The notes: generated by a model not told the origin, from the sequence alone. A stretch of DNA of 64,000 nucleotides from a virus (IMGVR_UViG_3300042204_000022); one strand, 5' to 3'. Positions 38,579 through 46,826 are shown, counted from the stretch's first letter. Numbers and translations are program-made.

Positions 38579-38758
38579 ATGTTCGGTTTTAAGAAGAAGG
38601 TGCAAGAAATCAAAGAGCAGCCAGTCAAGAAGAAGACAGCTCCTCGCAAATACAAGCAACTAGCAGTTACAGCTGAAGCTCACGCTAAAGTCAGCAAGAT
38701 GGCTCTAAAGAAAAACACGACAATCATCGATCTAGTAGACGAACTTGTCGGAGTCTAA
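38579..38758 (+). CDS. ribbon-helix-helix DNA-binding protein
   Basis: KQLAVTAEAHAKVSKMALKKNTTIIDLVDELV RHH pattern. Confidence 0.45.
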   Translation: MFGFKKKVQEIKEQPVKKKTAPRKYKQLAVTAEAHAKVSKMALKKNTTIIDLVDELVGV

Positions 38759-38773
38759 CAGAAAGGGAGAAAC

Positions 38774-39328
38774 ATGGGAATACTAAAAGACTGGAAAGAA
38801 GATACCAATGGGTATGTTTTTACTTCTAGAGTAGCCTATTTTTTCTCCCCTAAAGTTTGGCTCAGACTTCACAAGTGGCGTAAACAGCGTGCTGATCGTG
38901 GATGGTCAGACCGTGACACTTGGGGTGCTGGCGACCATATCGCAAGAATGACAGCTGAAATGCTTCAGCACTTAAACGACGAGAGTTACTGTGATTGGCC
39001 TGAGTGGTTCAGGCTGAATGTAAAAGAAGAAGGAAAAGGGGCGTACAAAGACCTTCAGTCTGTAATTGATGACATCAACCAATTTCTTGACTTCACACAT
39101 ACGACTTGGGCTGACGGTCTATCACCAAAACCAAAGAGCGAAGGACTAGTAATTGACGGAGTCTATAATTCACCCAACTGGGTAGAAGACGAGACCGGCA
39201 AGACCCTCACCGAAGCAGCCGTCAAGCGTCGCATCACTAAGCACGCAGACGAATGGAACAGACGCTATAAGAAAGCAAATAAGGCGATGGGATTCTTCGG
39301 TCGCCATTTTACTAGCTTCTGGGACTAA
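38774..39328 (+). CDS. hypothetical protein
   Basis: ORF. Confidence 0.5.
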   Translation: MGILKDWKEDTNGYVFTSRVAYFFSPKVWLRLHKWRKQRADRGWSDRDTWGAGDHIARMTAEMLQHLNDESYCDWPEWFRLNVKEEGKGAYKDLQSVIDDINQFLDFTHTTWADGLSPKPKSEGLVIDGVYNSPNWVEDETGKTLTEAAVKRRITKHADEWNRRYKKANKAMGFFGRHFTSFWD

Positions 39329-39332
39329 AAAA

Positions 39333-39356
39333 GAACCCCCAACTAAGGGGGTTTTA
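39333..39356 (+). terminator. rho-independent terminator
   Basis: AGAACCCCCAACTAAGGGGGTTTTAAT. Confidence 0.65.
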
Positions 39357-40006
39357 ATATTCAGTACGGCTAGATGTAAAGCTTTGCGACCATTAAGTTC
39401 GCTGAGATGATACATATCTACACACTAGCCGTATTCGCGAGAGATAACGCTCTTTTTCTTTTTGTAGACTCTGTATCTATCTACTCTCATTATACATCAA
39501 GCTTATGCTTTGTAAAGTTCAAAATGGTGGAGCTGCGGGGTACTGCCCCCCGGTCCTCATAAAATCCAACTAGACTTCTACAGGTTTAGTTTCATTTATC
39601 CGTGAAACGACGGGATGTTTGCGGGGATCTCCTGCCAGGGCACTTTTTACGTTAAGTCCGAAACGTAAAGTTTGAGTTCGCTTTTGGCGAAACTCTTGTT
39701 CATTCTTCTCAATAGTTTGTGATACAGCCTGATCTCTTTGCGTCCAGAGCGTTTATTCTCCTTCTTCCCAGAGGGGCAATATCTACAGTAAGACAGACTA
39801 GCTGCCATAACGCGTCTCTTAAACCAGTGCGTAAGCTGGCTGAAGGCTAAACATTGCCTTCACTTTTGCGAATAGTTTTGCAATTAAAATAGTTTTAAGT
39901 CTTACGACTACCTGCGATCTAATTTTCAATATACAAGTCGAATCTTGGTCAACCCCATATAACTATTATATACCATAAGCATAAATAAAAAAAGTCTAAA
40001 AAAGTG

Positions 40007-40042
40007 TTGACATTGAAAAACATAAGCTGTATAGTGGGTTAT
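40007..40042 (+). promoter_or_regulatory. sigma70-like promoter (TTGACA-N17-TATAGT)
   Basis: TTGACATTGAAAAACATAAGCTGTATAGT upstream of 40059. Confidence 0.55.
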
Positions 40043-40058
40043 ATAAGGAGAAAAAGAT

Positions 40059-41501
40059 ATGAGCTTTTTAGACGAATTGCAAAAGAATACAAACAAGAAC
40101 ACTCGCACACTCAATGGTGCGGTAACTAACGATAGTACCCTAGATGCTAATCTAGACTACTTCTCACTCGCAGGAGCGATGCGTAATCGTGTAAACGATA
40201 CACGCCGCCTTTTCGCTAAGGCTTTCGCAGCCGACCCGCAGACAGCTTTGCGTACACTATTCTATCTACGTGACATTCGTGGTGGTCAGGGTGAGCGTGA
40301 AGTCTTTCGTGCTGGTCTTCAGGAGCTAGAAGATATTTCGCCAGAAACCGCTAACTTGGTAATCCAAAACAACTGGATCGGTGAGTATGGCCGTTACGAT
40401 GATCTATTATCATTCCGCAACGGCGAAACACTCGGCGCTCTTGCAGAATTCATTCGTCACCAGCTCGATGCCGACACTGACGCTATGGCTGATGGTGATC
40501 CAGTATCGTTGCTTGCTAAGTGGCTACCTTCAGAAAACGCATCAAGCAAGACTACTCGTGGTCAGGCTGTTGCACTAGCTAAGTTGCTTGGCTTGAAGCC
40601 AAGTCAGTACCGCCGTAAGATCGTTGCTCTTCGTAAGTACATCAAGTTGCTTGAACAGCAGATGTCTAAGAACGAATGGTCTGAAATTGACTACTCTAAG
40701 ATTCCTTCACAGGCTGGTCGCAAGCACGTTAAGGCGTTTATGCGTCATGACGAAGAACGCTACCGTGACTTCTTGAGCAAGGTAGAAAAGGGTGAAGCTA
40801 AGATCAATACAAGCACTCTATACACATACGAAGTGTTTGACATGGTTCGCAGTGGTCACGACCAAGCTGCAAACGCAATGTGGGCTAACCTACCAGATTA
40901 CACAAACGGTACAGACGCACTTGTTCTCGCCGACGTATCTGGTTCAATGAGCGGTCGTCCTATGAGCGTATCAGTATCACTTGCCCTTTACTTCGCAGAA
41001 CGTAACAAGGGTGTGTTCAGTAACAAGTTTATGACCTTCAGCGAACGCCCAGCGGTTGTAGATGTAGTTGGTAACTCTCTCACAGATAAGCTTCGTTTCA
41101 TCGAAAGCCGTGACTGGGGTATGAGCACCAACCTTGAAGCTGCATTTGACGCTATTCTGTCAGCAGCCGTAGCATCTGGTCAGGGTCAAGACGGTATGCC
41201 TAAGACTCTATATGTCATCTCAGACATGGAGTTCAATCAGGCTGTATCAAACCCAAGCGAAAGCATCTTCGACAACGCACAGCGTAAGTTCAAAGAAAAG
41301 GGTCTTGAGCTACCACACGTAGTGTTCTGGAACGTCAACTCATGGCAAGACCAAGCACCAGCGACAAAATTTGACAATCGTGTTACACTTATCTCAGGTT
41401 CGAGTCAGAGCACATTCCAGCACGCCGTGAACGGCAAGACACCAATCGAGCTCATGCTAGATGTAGTGAACAGCGAACGCTACGCACAAATCGTACTTTA
41501 A
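40059..41501 (+). CDS. vWA-domain protein with N-terminal helical domain (DUF2828/TROVE-Ro60-like architecture)
   Basis: MIDAS motif LVLADVSGSMSG; ~280-aa N-terminal domain; immediately followed by tRNA-like ncRNA array. Confidence 0.55.
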   Translation: MSFLDELQKNTNKNTRTLNGAVTNDSTLDANLDYFSLAGAMRNRVNDTRRLFAKAFAADPQTALRTLFYLRDIRGGQGEREVFRAGLQELEDISPETANLVIQNNWIGEYGRYDDLLSFRNGETLGALAEFIRHQLDADTDAMADGDPVSLLAKWLPSENASSKTTRGQAVALAKLLGLKPSQYRRKIVALRKYIKLLEQQMSKNEWSEIDYSKIPSQAGRKHVKAFMRHDEERYRDFLSKVEKGEAKINTSTLYTYEVFDMVRSGHDQAANAMWANLPDYTNGTDALVLADVSGSMSGRPMSVSVSLALYFAERNKGVFSNKFMTFSERPAVVDVVGNSLTDKLRFIESRDWGMSTNLEAAFDAILSAAVASGQGQDGMPKTLYVISDMEFNQAVSNPSESIFDNAQRKFKEKGLELPHVVFWNVNSWQDQAPATKFDNRVTLISGSSQSTFQHAVNGKTPIELMLDVVNSERYAQIVL

Positions 41502-41564
41502 TAGATTAGACGCTTACAGCAACCATAAAAAAATTCAATTTTGCATTTGAAAAAGCTCATGCGT

Positions 41565-41647
41565 CTAGGTACATTTAGAACATTTTAGTCTCCAACAGCA
41601 ACACTACAAAAACTTTCAACTATTCAATGAAACAAATAAGTGAGACT
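41565..41647 (+). ncRNA. tandem ncRNA module 1 (minimal; closing helix AGTCTC/GAGACT + CAACAGCAAC motif)
   Basis: CTAGGTAC leader, helix 41587-92/41642-47. Confidence 0.4.
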
Positions 41648-41652
41648 AGGTA

Positions 41653-41784
41653 CATAGAAATTTAACAATTAGACCCAACCAGCAACTATCTACTTTCCAC
41701 TTTCAATTGGAGTGATGTCGGTTCGAATCCGGCTGGAGCTTCGGCTCTATCGTCTAACGGTAGGACACTATTTATTTGGGTCTA
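41653..41784 (+). ncRNA. tandem ncRNA module 2: circularly permuted tRNA-Glu(UUC)-like domain
   Basis: closing helix TAGACCC/GGGTCTA; anticodon arm (CUUUCAA)-T arm GGTTCGAATCC-acceptor 3' TGGAGCT-2 nt-acceptor 5' GGCTCTA-D arm TCGTCTAACGGTAGGAC; acceptor strands pair 7/7. Confidence 0.5.
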
Positions 41785-41788
41785 GGTA

Positions 41789-41931
41789 CATTGACATATT
41801 TAGTCACTTCCAGCAACTATATCGCATAGGGAGCGAGATCATGGTGGTTCGAGTCCACCCGCCCTGAACATGACAGTGTGTAGCCGAATTGGTTTAGGCG
41901 CTCGCACGCAACAACAGTGACTAGGTACTTT
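41789..41931 (+). ncRNA. tandem ncRNA module 3: permuted tRNA-like domain
   Basis: closing helix AGTCACT/AGTGACT; T arm GGTGGTTCGAGTCCACC, acceptor 3' CGCCCTG-A-6 nt-acceptor 5' CAGTGTG-D arm. Confidence 0.45.
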
Positions 41932-41936
41932 GAAAA

Positions 41937-42120
41937 TTTAGGCGCAACCAGCAATTATATATTTGGATGTTAACCACGTGGTCGCAGGTTCAAGTCCTGC
42001 CTCCCCGACCAAATACTGTTCATTAAGCCTCGACTCATGCGGATGGAGCTATGAGCCATCAGGGTGGACAGTACCGGCGGGGAGTAGCTCAGTTGGTAGA
42101 GCACGTATTATTTGCGCCTA
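41937..42120 (+). ncRNA. tandem ncRNA module 4: permuted tRNA-like domain with encoded CCA
   Basis: closing helix TAGGCGC/GCGCCTA; T arm GCAGGTTCAAGTCCTGC-CTCCCCG-A-CCA ... CGGGGAG-TAGCTCAGTTGGTAGAGC. Confidence 0.45.
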
Positions 42121-42234
42121 GTATTAAAATCTTCAGTGTTTTAACGACGATATTGGTGATGGGTTTGAGTCTCATTCCAGTGCACGCTGGCTAGTATCGT
42201 CTTTTAAGCACTGAAAAGTAATAAAGGAGAGAGA

Positions 42235-42861
42235 ATGTCCAAAAAGAGCGTAGAGAAGAAGCTCAAAGGTGGGTTCTTCAGCTTCAATCAGAAGATTCCT
42301 AGTGGGATAACACTCACAAGCGAAGAGACCAAAGAGGTCATCGAGCTATGGAAAGAAGACGTAGAGGTCATAAAGACCAACACCGAGAAGCTTAACAGCG
42401 CCGACACAGCAATCGAGAGAAATCTGACTAGACTGCCAGAAAGTCTCTCTCAAGTTAGCAACGCCAGAAACGATGCTATACGTTACTTTAAGATCACCAA
42501 AGACCCGATTAAGCGTCGTGAGTGGGCTCGCAGGTTGATAGTTGCAGATAATGCACATAAGTCAATCAAAGCATCTCAAGACCGCATGAACGTCACCAGA
42601 GCGAGAATTCAGTCAGTCGTCAAAGACGCTGCACTCGAAAAACTAGCACTAGACGTGAGAATTTCAGAAGCAGAAGCCTACGTGAAGATGGGCGAGGGTC
42701 TTCAACTAGTAGGTGAGATGCTTGTCTCGGCGAGAACAAGGGCAAAGAGAGCTGATATGGAGTTCTCGACGCTTGAGTTTAACACCGAACAGCTAGAAGC
42801 CCACGTCGTAAACTATAAAGATGAAAAACTAATCGCAGAAGCGGAGAAAATACTAGGTTAA
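42235..42861 (+). CDS. hypothetical coiled-coil protein
   Basis: ORF with GGAG RBS. Confidence 0.5.
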   Translation: MSKKSVEKKLKGGFFSFNQKIPSGITLTSEETKEVIELWKEDVEVIKTNTEKLNSADTAIERNLTRLPESLSQVSNARNDAIRYFKITKDPIKRREWARRLIVADNAHKSIKASQDRMNVTRARIQSVVKDAALEKLALDVRISEAEAYVKMGEGLQLVGEMLVSARTRAKRADMEFSTLEFNTEQLEAHVVNYKDEKLIAEAEKILG

Positions 42862-42863
42862 TT

Positions 42864-43055
42864 ATGAGCGGTAAATTAGACGAAATTGTAGAAAAGTTCA
42901 AAGATCAAGCACCCGAATTGGTCAAAGACAACAAAGGTGCACTTATTGGTGCGGTACTTGGTTACCTTCTGACTGACAGTAAGCAAGCCCAGAGCACTAT
43001 TCTCGGTGCAATCGCTGGTGCTGTTATCGTAGACAAGAAGAAGGACGAAGAATAA
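42864..43055 (+). CDS. small membrane protein (glycine-zipper)
   Basis: GALIGAVLGYLL...GAIAGAVI. Confidence 0.4.
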   Translation: MSGKLDEIVEKFKDQAPELVKDNKGALIGAVLGYLLTDSKQAQSTILGAIAGAVIVDKKKDEE

Positions 43056-43330
43056 TGAAAGTACTCGAAGTTTACGGAGATGGCGATTATTCAGCTGTTA
43101 GCTATGAAGACGCTATCAGTAGCGGTGAAGTCAACGCCCTAGAGCTGTGGAATAAAGCAAATGAAAACGGTAGTTCGCTCGAATACGAGAACGAAGACAC
43201 CGATACATACTTCGAGTACGAAGCACATGAGTTCGGCGAAGTAGACCCAGCATTTATTAGTTTCGTGCTTGATGAAATCTGTGATTATGATTATCTTAAG
43301 CACCACAATATGTACGTGGTAGAGGGCTAA
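43055..43330 (+). CDS. hypothetical acidic protein
   Basis: ORF. Confidence 0.4.
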   Translation: MKVLEVYGDGDYSAVSYEDAISSGEVNALELWNKANENGSSLEYENEDTDTYFEYEAHEFGEVDPAFISFVLDEICDYDYLKHHNMYVVEG

Positions 43331-43486
43331 GATGATTTTGGTAATACTAGGGTGTTTAACCGCTCTTCTAAACCTAATCATAGCTGCGTTTGTCGGGCTT
43401 AGCTCGTCAACGTTTCTTGGTCTAGGGTTCTCTGCAATAACAATTATTATCGGTTTCGCCGACATAGCACTAGAAAGGAAAAAGTA

Positions 43487-43816
43487 ATGGCAAAGGCAAC
43501 AAAATCATTAGTTGACGCACAACTACCATCAACCATTAAAGAGGGCGTTGAAGCGATCGCAAAAGGTCTTGGAGTAGCAGCTATCGAGCTTTGGTCAATC
43601 TTCGTTCGCCAGTACGTAGTTAAAGGTATCACAGAAGTGTTTACCGCACTTGTCCTTATCGGTGCTGGTGTATTTATCGCATTTCAGGCTGGTTATTGGG
43701 CGTTAATTCCACTTACAGCAGCGTTACCGTTCTGCTATGGTGCAATTCTGCTTCTTGGCAACCCAAAATACTACGCAATTCAGGATATTACGAAGAAAAT
43801 TAAAGAGCTGAAGTAA
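43487..43816 (+). CDS. membrane protein
   Basis: 2-3 TM helices. Confidence 0.45.
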   Translation: MAKATKSLVDAQLPSTIKEGVEAIAKGLGVAAIELWSIFVRQYVVKGITEVFTALVLIGAGVFIAFQAGYWALIPLTAALPFCYGAILLLGNPKYYAIQDITKKIKELK

Positions 43817-44115
43817 TGTTTGTCGTCTCTCATCATATCGGCGAAATCTACAGTCGCAAGAATGAAGCCTACGAAAAGATGATTAAAGAGAGGGCTCGTA
43901 ACTCTAGCTACTATACAGAATCAGAGCTACGCGATCGTTACCCAAGCCCAAAGGCACAAATCATCAAGTTTCTCAAGATGACATCCGCCTCTGTCGGTAT
44001 AGCGTTGTTCGGTATTGCTTTCATTGCATACATCGTAACGCACGTCGAGGTTGAGGTAGAAAGTAATCAAACAACAAGTCAGGAGCAAAAGAATGCAACA
44101 GATACTAGCAAGTAA
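43816..44115 (+). CDS. membrane protein
   Basis: C-terminal TM. Confidence 0.4.
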   Translation: MFVVSHHIGEIYSRKNEAYEKMIKERARNSSYYTESELRDRYPSPKAQIIKFLKMTSASVGIALFGIAFIAYIVTHVEVEVESNQTTSQEQKNATDTSK

Positions 44116-44656
44116 GTGGGCGAAACCAGCAATCATTGCGGGTATCGTATTAGTCGCCTTACTCACAATAATCCCTATCTTTTCGGGGACATATAATCGT
44201 GTCGTTACCCTAGAAGAGAATATCAACACATCAAATAGTAACATCAACAAAGAAGAACAGCGTCGTGTAGACCTATTCAATAACTTGGTTGATGCGGTTG
44301 AGTCTTCTAAGAAGTTCGAGCAAGACACTATTGTAAAGCTGTCTGAAGCACGTGGTCTCGCTAATTCAGGTAAGATCGAGCAAGCACAGCTAACACTCGC
44401 GGCAACCGTTGAGGCGTACCCAGAGATTAAATCGGTCGCACTTTATGACAAGACAATGACCGAGTTCTCTATAACAGAAAACCGCATTGCTGGCTACCGT
44501 GAGCAGTATAACAGCGATGTTCGTTCATATAACCGTAAAGTTCGTTCGTTCCCTACAAACCTAGTTCTAGGTATCATGGGTTACGAGAAACAGGATTTCA
44601 AGTACTTGGATTATGATGTACCAGCCCAAGGACATCGCAACCTATTTAGCGAATAA
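44093..44656 (+). CDS. LemA-family protein
   Basis: N-terminal TM then RRVDLFNNLV...YPEIKS...ENRIA..R..YN..V..YN....FP pattern. Confidence 0.65.
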   Translation: MQQILASKWAKPAIIAGIVLVALLTIIPIFSGTYNRVVTLEENINTSNSNINKEEQRRVDLFNNLVDAVESSKKFEQDTIVKLSEARGLANSGKIEQAQLTLAATVEAYPEIKSVALYDKTMTEFSITENRIAGYREQYNSDVRSYNRKVRSFPTNLVLGIMGYEKQDFKYLDYDVPAQGHRNLFSE

Positions 44657-45461
44657 GAAAAGACTGCTGTACCTTGCTGTTGTAGCGGGTGCAGTATTTC
44701 TTATATTCATAGGCATACCGATTAAGTATGCAATTATGGATGGTGCTGAGCAAGAGGCTCGTCTCTATCAAACTGCTATACAGGCTGCCGATACTACACA
44801 GTTAAACTATTCTATTGATACAAAGCAGGGCAATGTTCTCGCCGAAGTAACTGTTAAGTCGGTTGACCTAGTTAAGTTCCCAGAAATGAACAAATCATTC
44901 TCTAAAGTAGAGAAGAGAGAGCAAACCTACACTAAGCACTACCGCACCGTCTGTACCTACGATGATGAGGGCAATGTTAAAGAGTGCCACCAAGAAACTT
45001 ATTATACTTGGGACACCACTGATAATTGGGAGCTGTCAGGCAGTCAAGTTGAGATGGCTGAGAGAAAGTACCCAATTAGTCTATTCGCATTAAGCACTCG
45101 TGGTGTTGATGCAAGTGAAATTATTGATGGTCAAGATGGTCATTACGTCTACGAACGCACAAAGGGTGGTATTTTTGGTAGATCATGGCTGAGTAGTGAT
45201 ACTGAGGGCGATAAAAGGTATTCTTATAGCATTTTAGAGCTGCCTAAGTCAGGCACGATTTTTTTGAACCTCTCAGAGAGCGTACAACCAGTTTTCGGTA
45301 ACAAAGTTGAGTTGCGTACCAAGAAACCAGCTGAACTCGTCACAGACGCTCAGAATAGCGTACAAACAAAAAGCACCGTTTTCACGGTGTTTTGGGTAAT
45401 TCTGATTCTTGCAGAGCTTGGCGGCCTAGGTTACGCTGTCTTTCGTTACGAAGATTATTAG
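44613..45461 (+). CDS. membrane protein (N- and C-terminal TM, periplasmic middle)
   Basis: downstream partner of LemA. Confidence 0.5.
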   Translation: MMYQPKDIATYLANKKRLLYLAVVAGAVFLIFIGIPIKYAIMDGAEQEARLYQTAIQAADTTQLNYSIDTKQGNVLAEVTVKSVDLVKFPEMNKSFSKVEKREQTYTKHYRTVCTYDDEGNVKECHQETYYTWDTTDNWELSGSQVEMAERKYPISLFALSTRGVDASEIIDGQDGHYVYERTKGGIFGRSWLSSDTEGDKRYSYSILELPKSGTIFLNLSESVQPVFGNKVELRTKKPAELVTDAQNSVQTKSTVFTVFWVILILAELGGLGYAVFRYEDY

Positions 45462-45609
45462 CTCTGACTTCTTCTAGAACCCTATTCATGACTCTAAAGA
45501 ATATTTCATCGTACTGCTGACACATCTCGTCAGCTATTTCGCTCACTCTTGCTTGACGCTCGAATGGGTCTTCTGGTAAATTCCATGTGTTTATTTTTTC
45601 GGGGCTCAT
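45382..45609 (-). CDS. hypothetical protein
   Basis: ORF convergent with upstream gene; weak. Confidence 0.25.
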   Translation of the reverse strand: MSPEKINTWNLPEDPFERQARVSEIADEMCQQYDEIFFRVMNRVLEEVRANNLRNERQRNLGRQALQESELPKTP

Positions 45610-45627
45610 ACCCCTATTATACTCTTG

Positions 45628-45702
45628 TGGCTCAGAGACTAGGGCTCGAACCTAGATAACAACCTTCAAAGGGTTGCGTCCTACCAGTTAGACGATCTCT
45701 GA
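45628..45702 (-). tRNA. tRNA-Gln(TTG)
   Basis: manual cloverleaf: acceptor TCAGAGA/TCTCTGA, T-loop GGTTCGAGCCC, anticodon loop CTTTGAA, CCA encoded. Confidence 0.7.
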
Positions 45703-45705
45703 TTA

Positions 45706-45793
45706 TGGCGGAAGACGTAGGACACGAACCCAACGCCCTTGCGAACGCACATATCTTAGCAGGATAGTCTAGCACCTCGCTAGTTCATCTTCC
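45706..45793 (-). tRNA. tRNA-Ser(GCT), type II
   Basis: 88 nt, long variable arm, anticodon loop CTGCTAA; T-loop with T58. Confidence 0.55.
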
Positions 45794-45797
45794 ATCT

Positions 45798-45871
45798 TGG
45801 CTGCCTCGCGTGGATTCGAACCACAATTAACTGATTCAGAGTCAGTCGTCCTACCATTAGACGACAAGGCA
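45798..45871 (-). tRNA. tRNA-Gln(CTG)
   Basis: anticodon loop ACTCTGA, T-loop GGTTCGAATCC. Confidence 0.65.
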
Positions 45872-45878
45872 ATAATTA

Positions 45879-45953
45879 TGGGGTGTCAGACGAGTCCCGA
45901 CATCGCAACTCCAACGTCACAGGTTGGTATGATTCCTTTTCACTACCGACACC
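45879..45953 (-). tRNA. tRNA-His(GTG)-like with G-1/C73 and aberrant T arm
   Basis: G-1 + GTGTCGG/CTGACAC acceptor, anticodon loop CTGTGAC; T arm non-canonical. Confidence 0.35.
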
Positions 45954-45961
45954 ATATTGTT

Positions 45962-46050
45962 TGGCGGAAGGCTGAAGTGTCGATCTCCAAGAGGTTGCCC
46001 CCTCCAACTGTTTTCAAGACAGTGCCCAGAGCCGTCTGGGATAACCTTCC
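45962..46050 (-). tRNA. tRNA-Ser(TGA)-like, type II, non-canonical T-loop ATCGACA
   Basis: acceptor GGAAGGT/GCCTTCC, anticodon stem ACTGT/ACAGT loop CTTGAAA. Confidence 0.4.
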
Positions 46051-46056
46051 TTATTT

Positions 46057-46139
46057 GGTCGCCCTACTAGGATTCGAACCTAGAGTCAATTAAGACAGCG
46101 GGTTTAAGCCGCCTGCGTGAACCTTTTCGCCATAGAGCG
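46057..46139 (-). tRNA. tRNA-Leu(TAA), type II
   Basis: anticodon loop CTTAAAC, T-loop GGTTCGAATCC. Confidence 0.6.
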
Positions 46140-46145
46140 ATATTC

Positions 46146-46231
46146 TGGTGCCGAAGGAGAGACTCGAACTCTCACGCCCTCACGGGCACTGGTTTCTAAA
46201 ACCAGCGTGTCTACCATTCCACCACTTCGGC
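46146..46231 (-). tRNA. tRNA-Leu(TAG), type II
   Basis: anticodon loop TTTAGAA, variable arm GCCCGTGAGGGCG. Confidence 0.6.
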
Positions 46232-46244
46232 ATAAATTGTTAAT

Positions 46245-46330
46245 TGGTACGTCTAGCTAGATTCGAACTAGCACACCCTTTCGGGCAACAGGGTTTGAGC
46301 CTGCCGTGTCTACCGTTCCACCATAGACGC
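46245..46330 (-). tRNA. tRNA-Leu(CAA), type II
   Basis: anticodon loop CTCAAAC. Confidence 0.6.
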
Positions 46331-46335
46331 TTATC

Positions 46336-46410
46336 TGGAGCACCCAACCGGAATCGAACCGATGTATTCCGCTTTGCAGGCGGTCGCCTAGGCCACTCGG
46401 CCATAGGTGC
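46336..46410 (-). tRNA. tRNA-Cys(GCA)
   Basis: anticodon loop CTGCAAA, T-loop GGTTCGATTCC. Confidence 0.65.
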
Positions 46411-46417
46411 ATAATTT

Positions 46418-46493
46418 TGGTGGCACCGGTTGGACTTGAACCAACGACCCCTCCCTTTTCAGGGGAGTGCTCTACCAGCTGAGCTACAGTGCC
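46418..46493 (-). tRNA. tRNA-Phe(GAA)
   Basis: anticodon loop CTGAAAA, D arm GCTCAGCTGGTAGAGC. Confidence 0.7.
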
Positions 46494-46496
46494 ACA

Positions 46497-46571
46497 TGGT
46501 CAGAGTTCTGGGAGTCGAACCCAGCATATCCCGCGTCCAAGGCGGGCATCACACCCCGCAATCTAACTCTG
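46497..46571 (-). tRNA. tRNA-Pro(TGG)
   Basis: anticodon stem CCCGC/GCGGG loop CTTGGAC. Confidence 0.55.
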
Positions 46572-46577
46572 ATAATA

Positions 46578-46654
46578 TGGTCAGGATAGGAAGTGCTGCC
46601 CTCCCCGCCTCTGAGTCCCAAACCCAGCGCTCTGCTAACATGAGCTATATCCTG
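46578..46654 (-). tRNA. tRNA-Pro(TGG)-like with non-canonical T-loop GGCAGCA
   Basis: good acceptor/D/anticodon arms (loop TTTGGGA) but T-loop lacks TTC. Confidence 0.4.
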
Positions 46655-46657
46655 ATA

Positions 46658-46731
46658 TGGCTCCTCCGACTGGACTCGAACCAGTAATAACTCCTTAACA
46701 GGGAGACGTGTTACCATTACACTACAGAGGA
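46658..46731 (-). tRNA. tRNA-Asn(GTT)
   Basis: anticodon loop CTGTTAA. Confidence 0.65.
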
Positions 46732-46745
46732 ATAAATTGTTAATT

Positions 46746-46821
46746 TGGCGGAGAAGACGGGATTCGAACCCGCGATCTCTCCCGTGACAGGGGAGTGTGT
46801 TAACCGCTACACCACATCTCC
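46746..46821 (-). tRNA. tRNA-Asp(GTC)
   Basis: anticodon loop CTGTCAC, T-loop GGTTCGAATCC. Confidence 0.65.
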
Positions 46822-46826
46822 AAATT

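Noticed and set aside
41690-42120. Reading the tRNA-like pieces as ordinary tRNA genes with introns, or as minus-strand tRNAs
   Set aside because: - Neighbouring 5' and 3' halves in genomic order have non-complementary acceptor strands (GGCTCTA vs CGCCCTG).
- Each 3' half pairs well with the 5' half lying downstream of it.
- The reverse complement lacks tRNA features.
- A permuted, modular ncRNA reading explains the repeated closing helices.
45797-46093. 98-aa + strand ORF (also 46430-46687 +, 46484-46717 -, 55083-55364 +, 56538-56786 +)
   Set aside because: They lie entirely across back-to-back tRNA genes, so they are almost certainly spurious translations of tRNA sequence.
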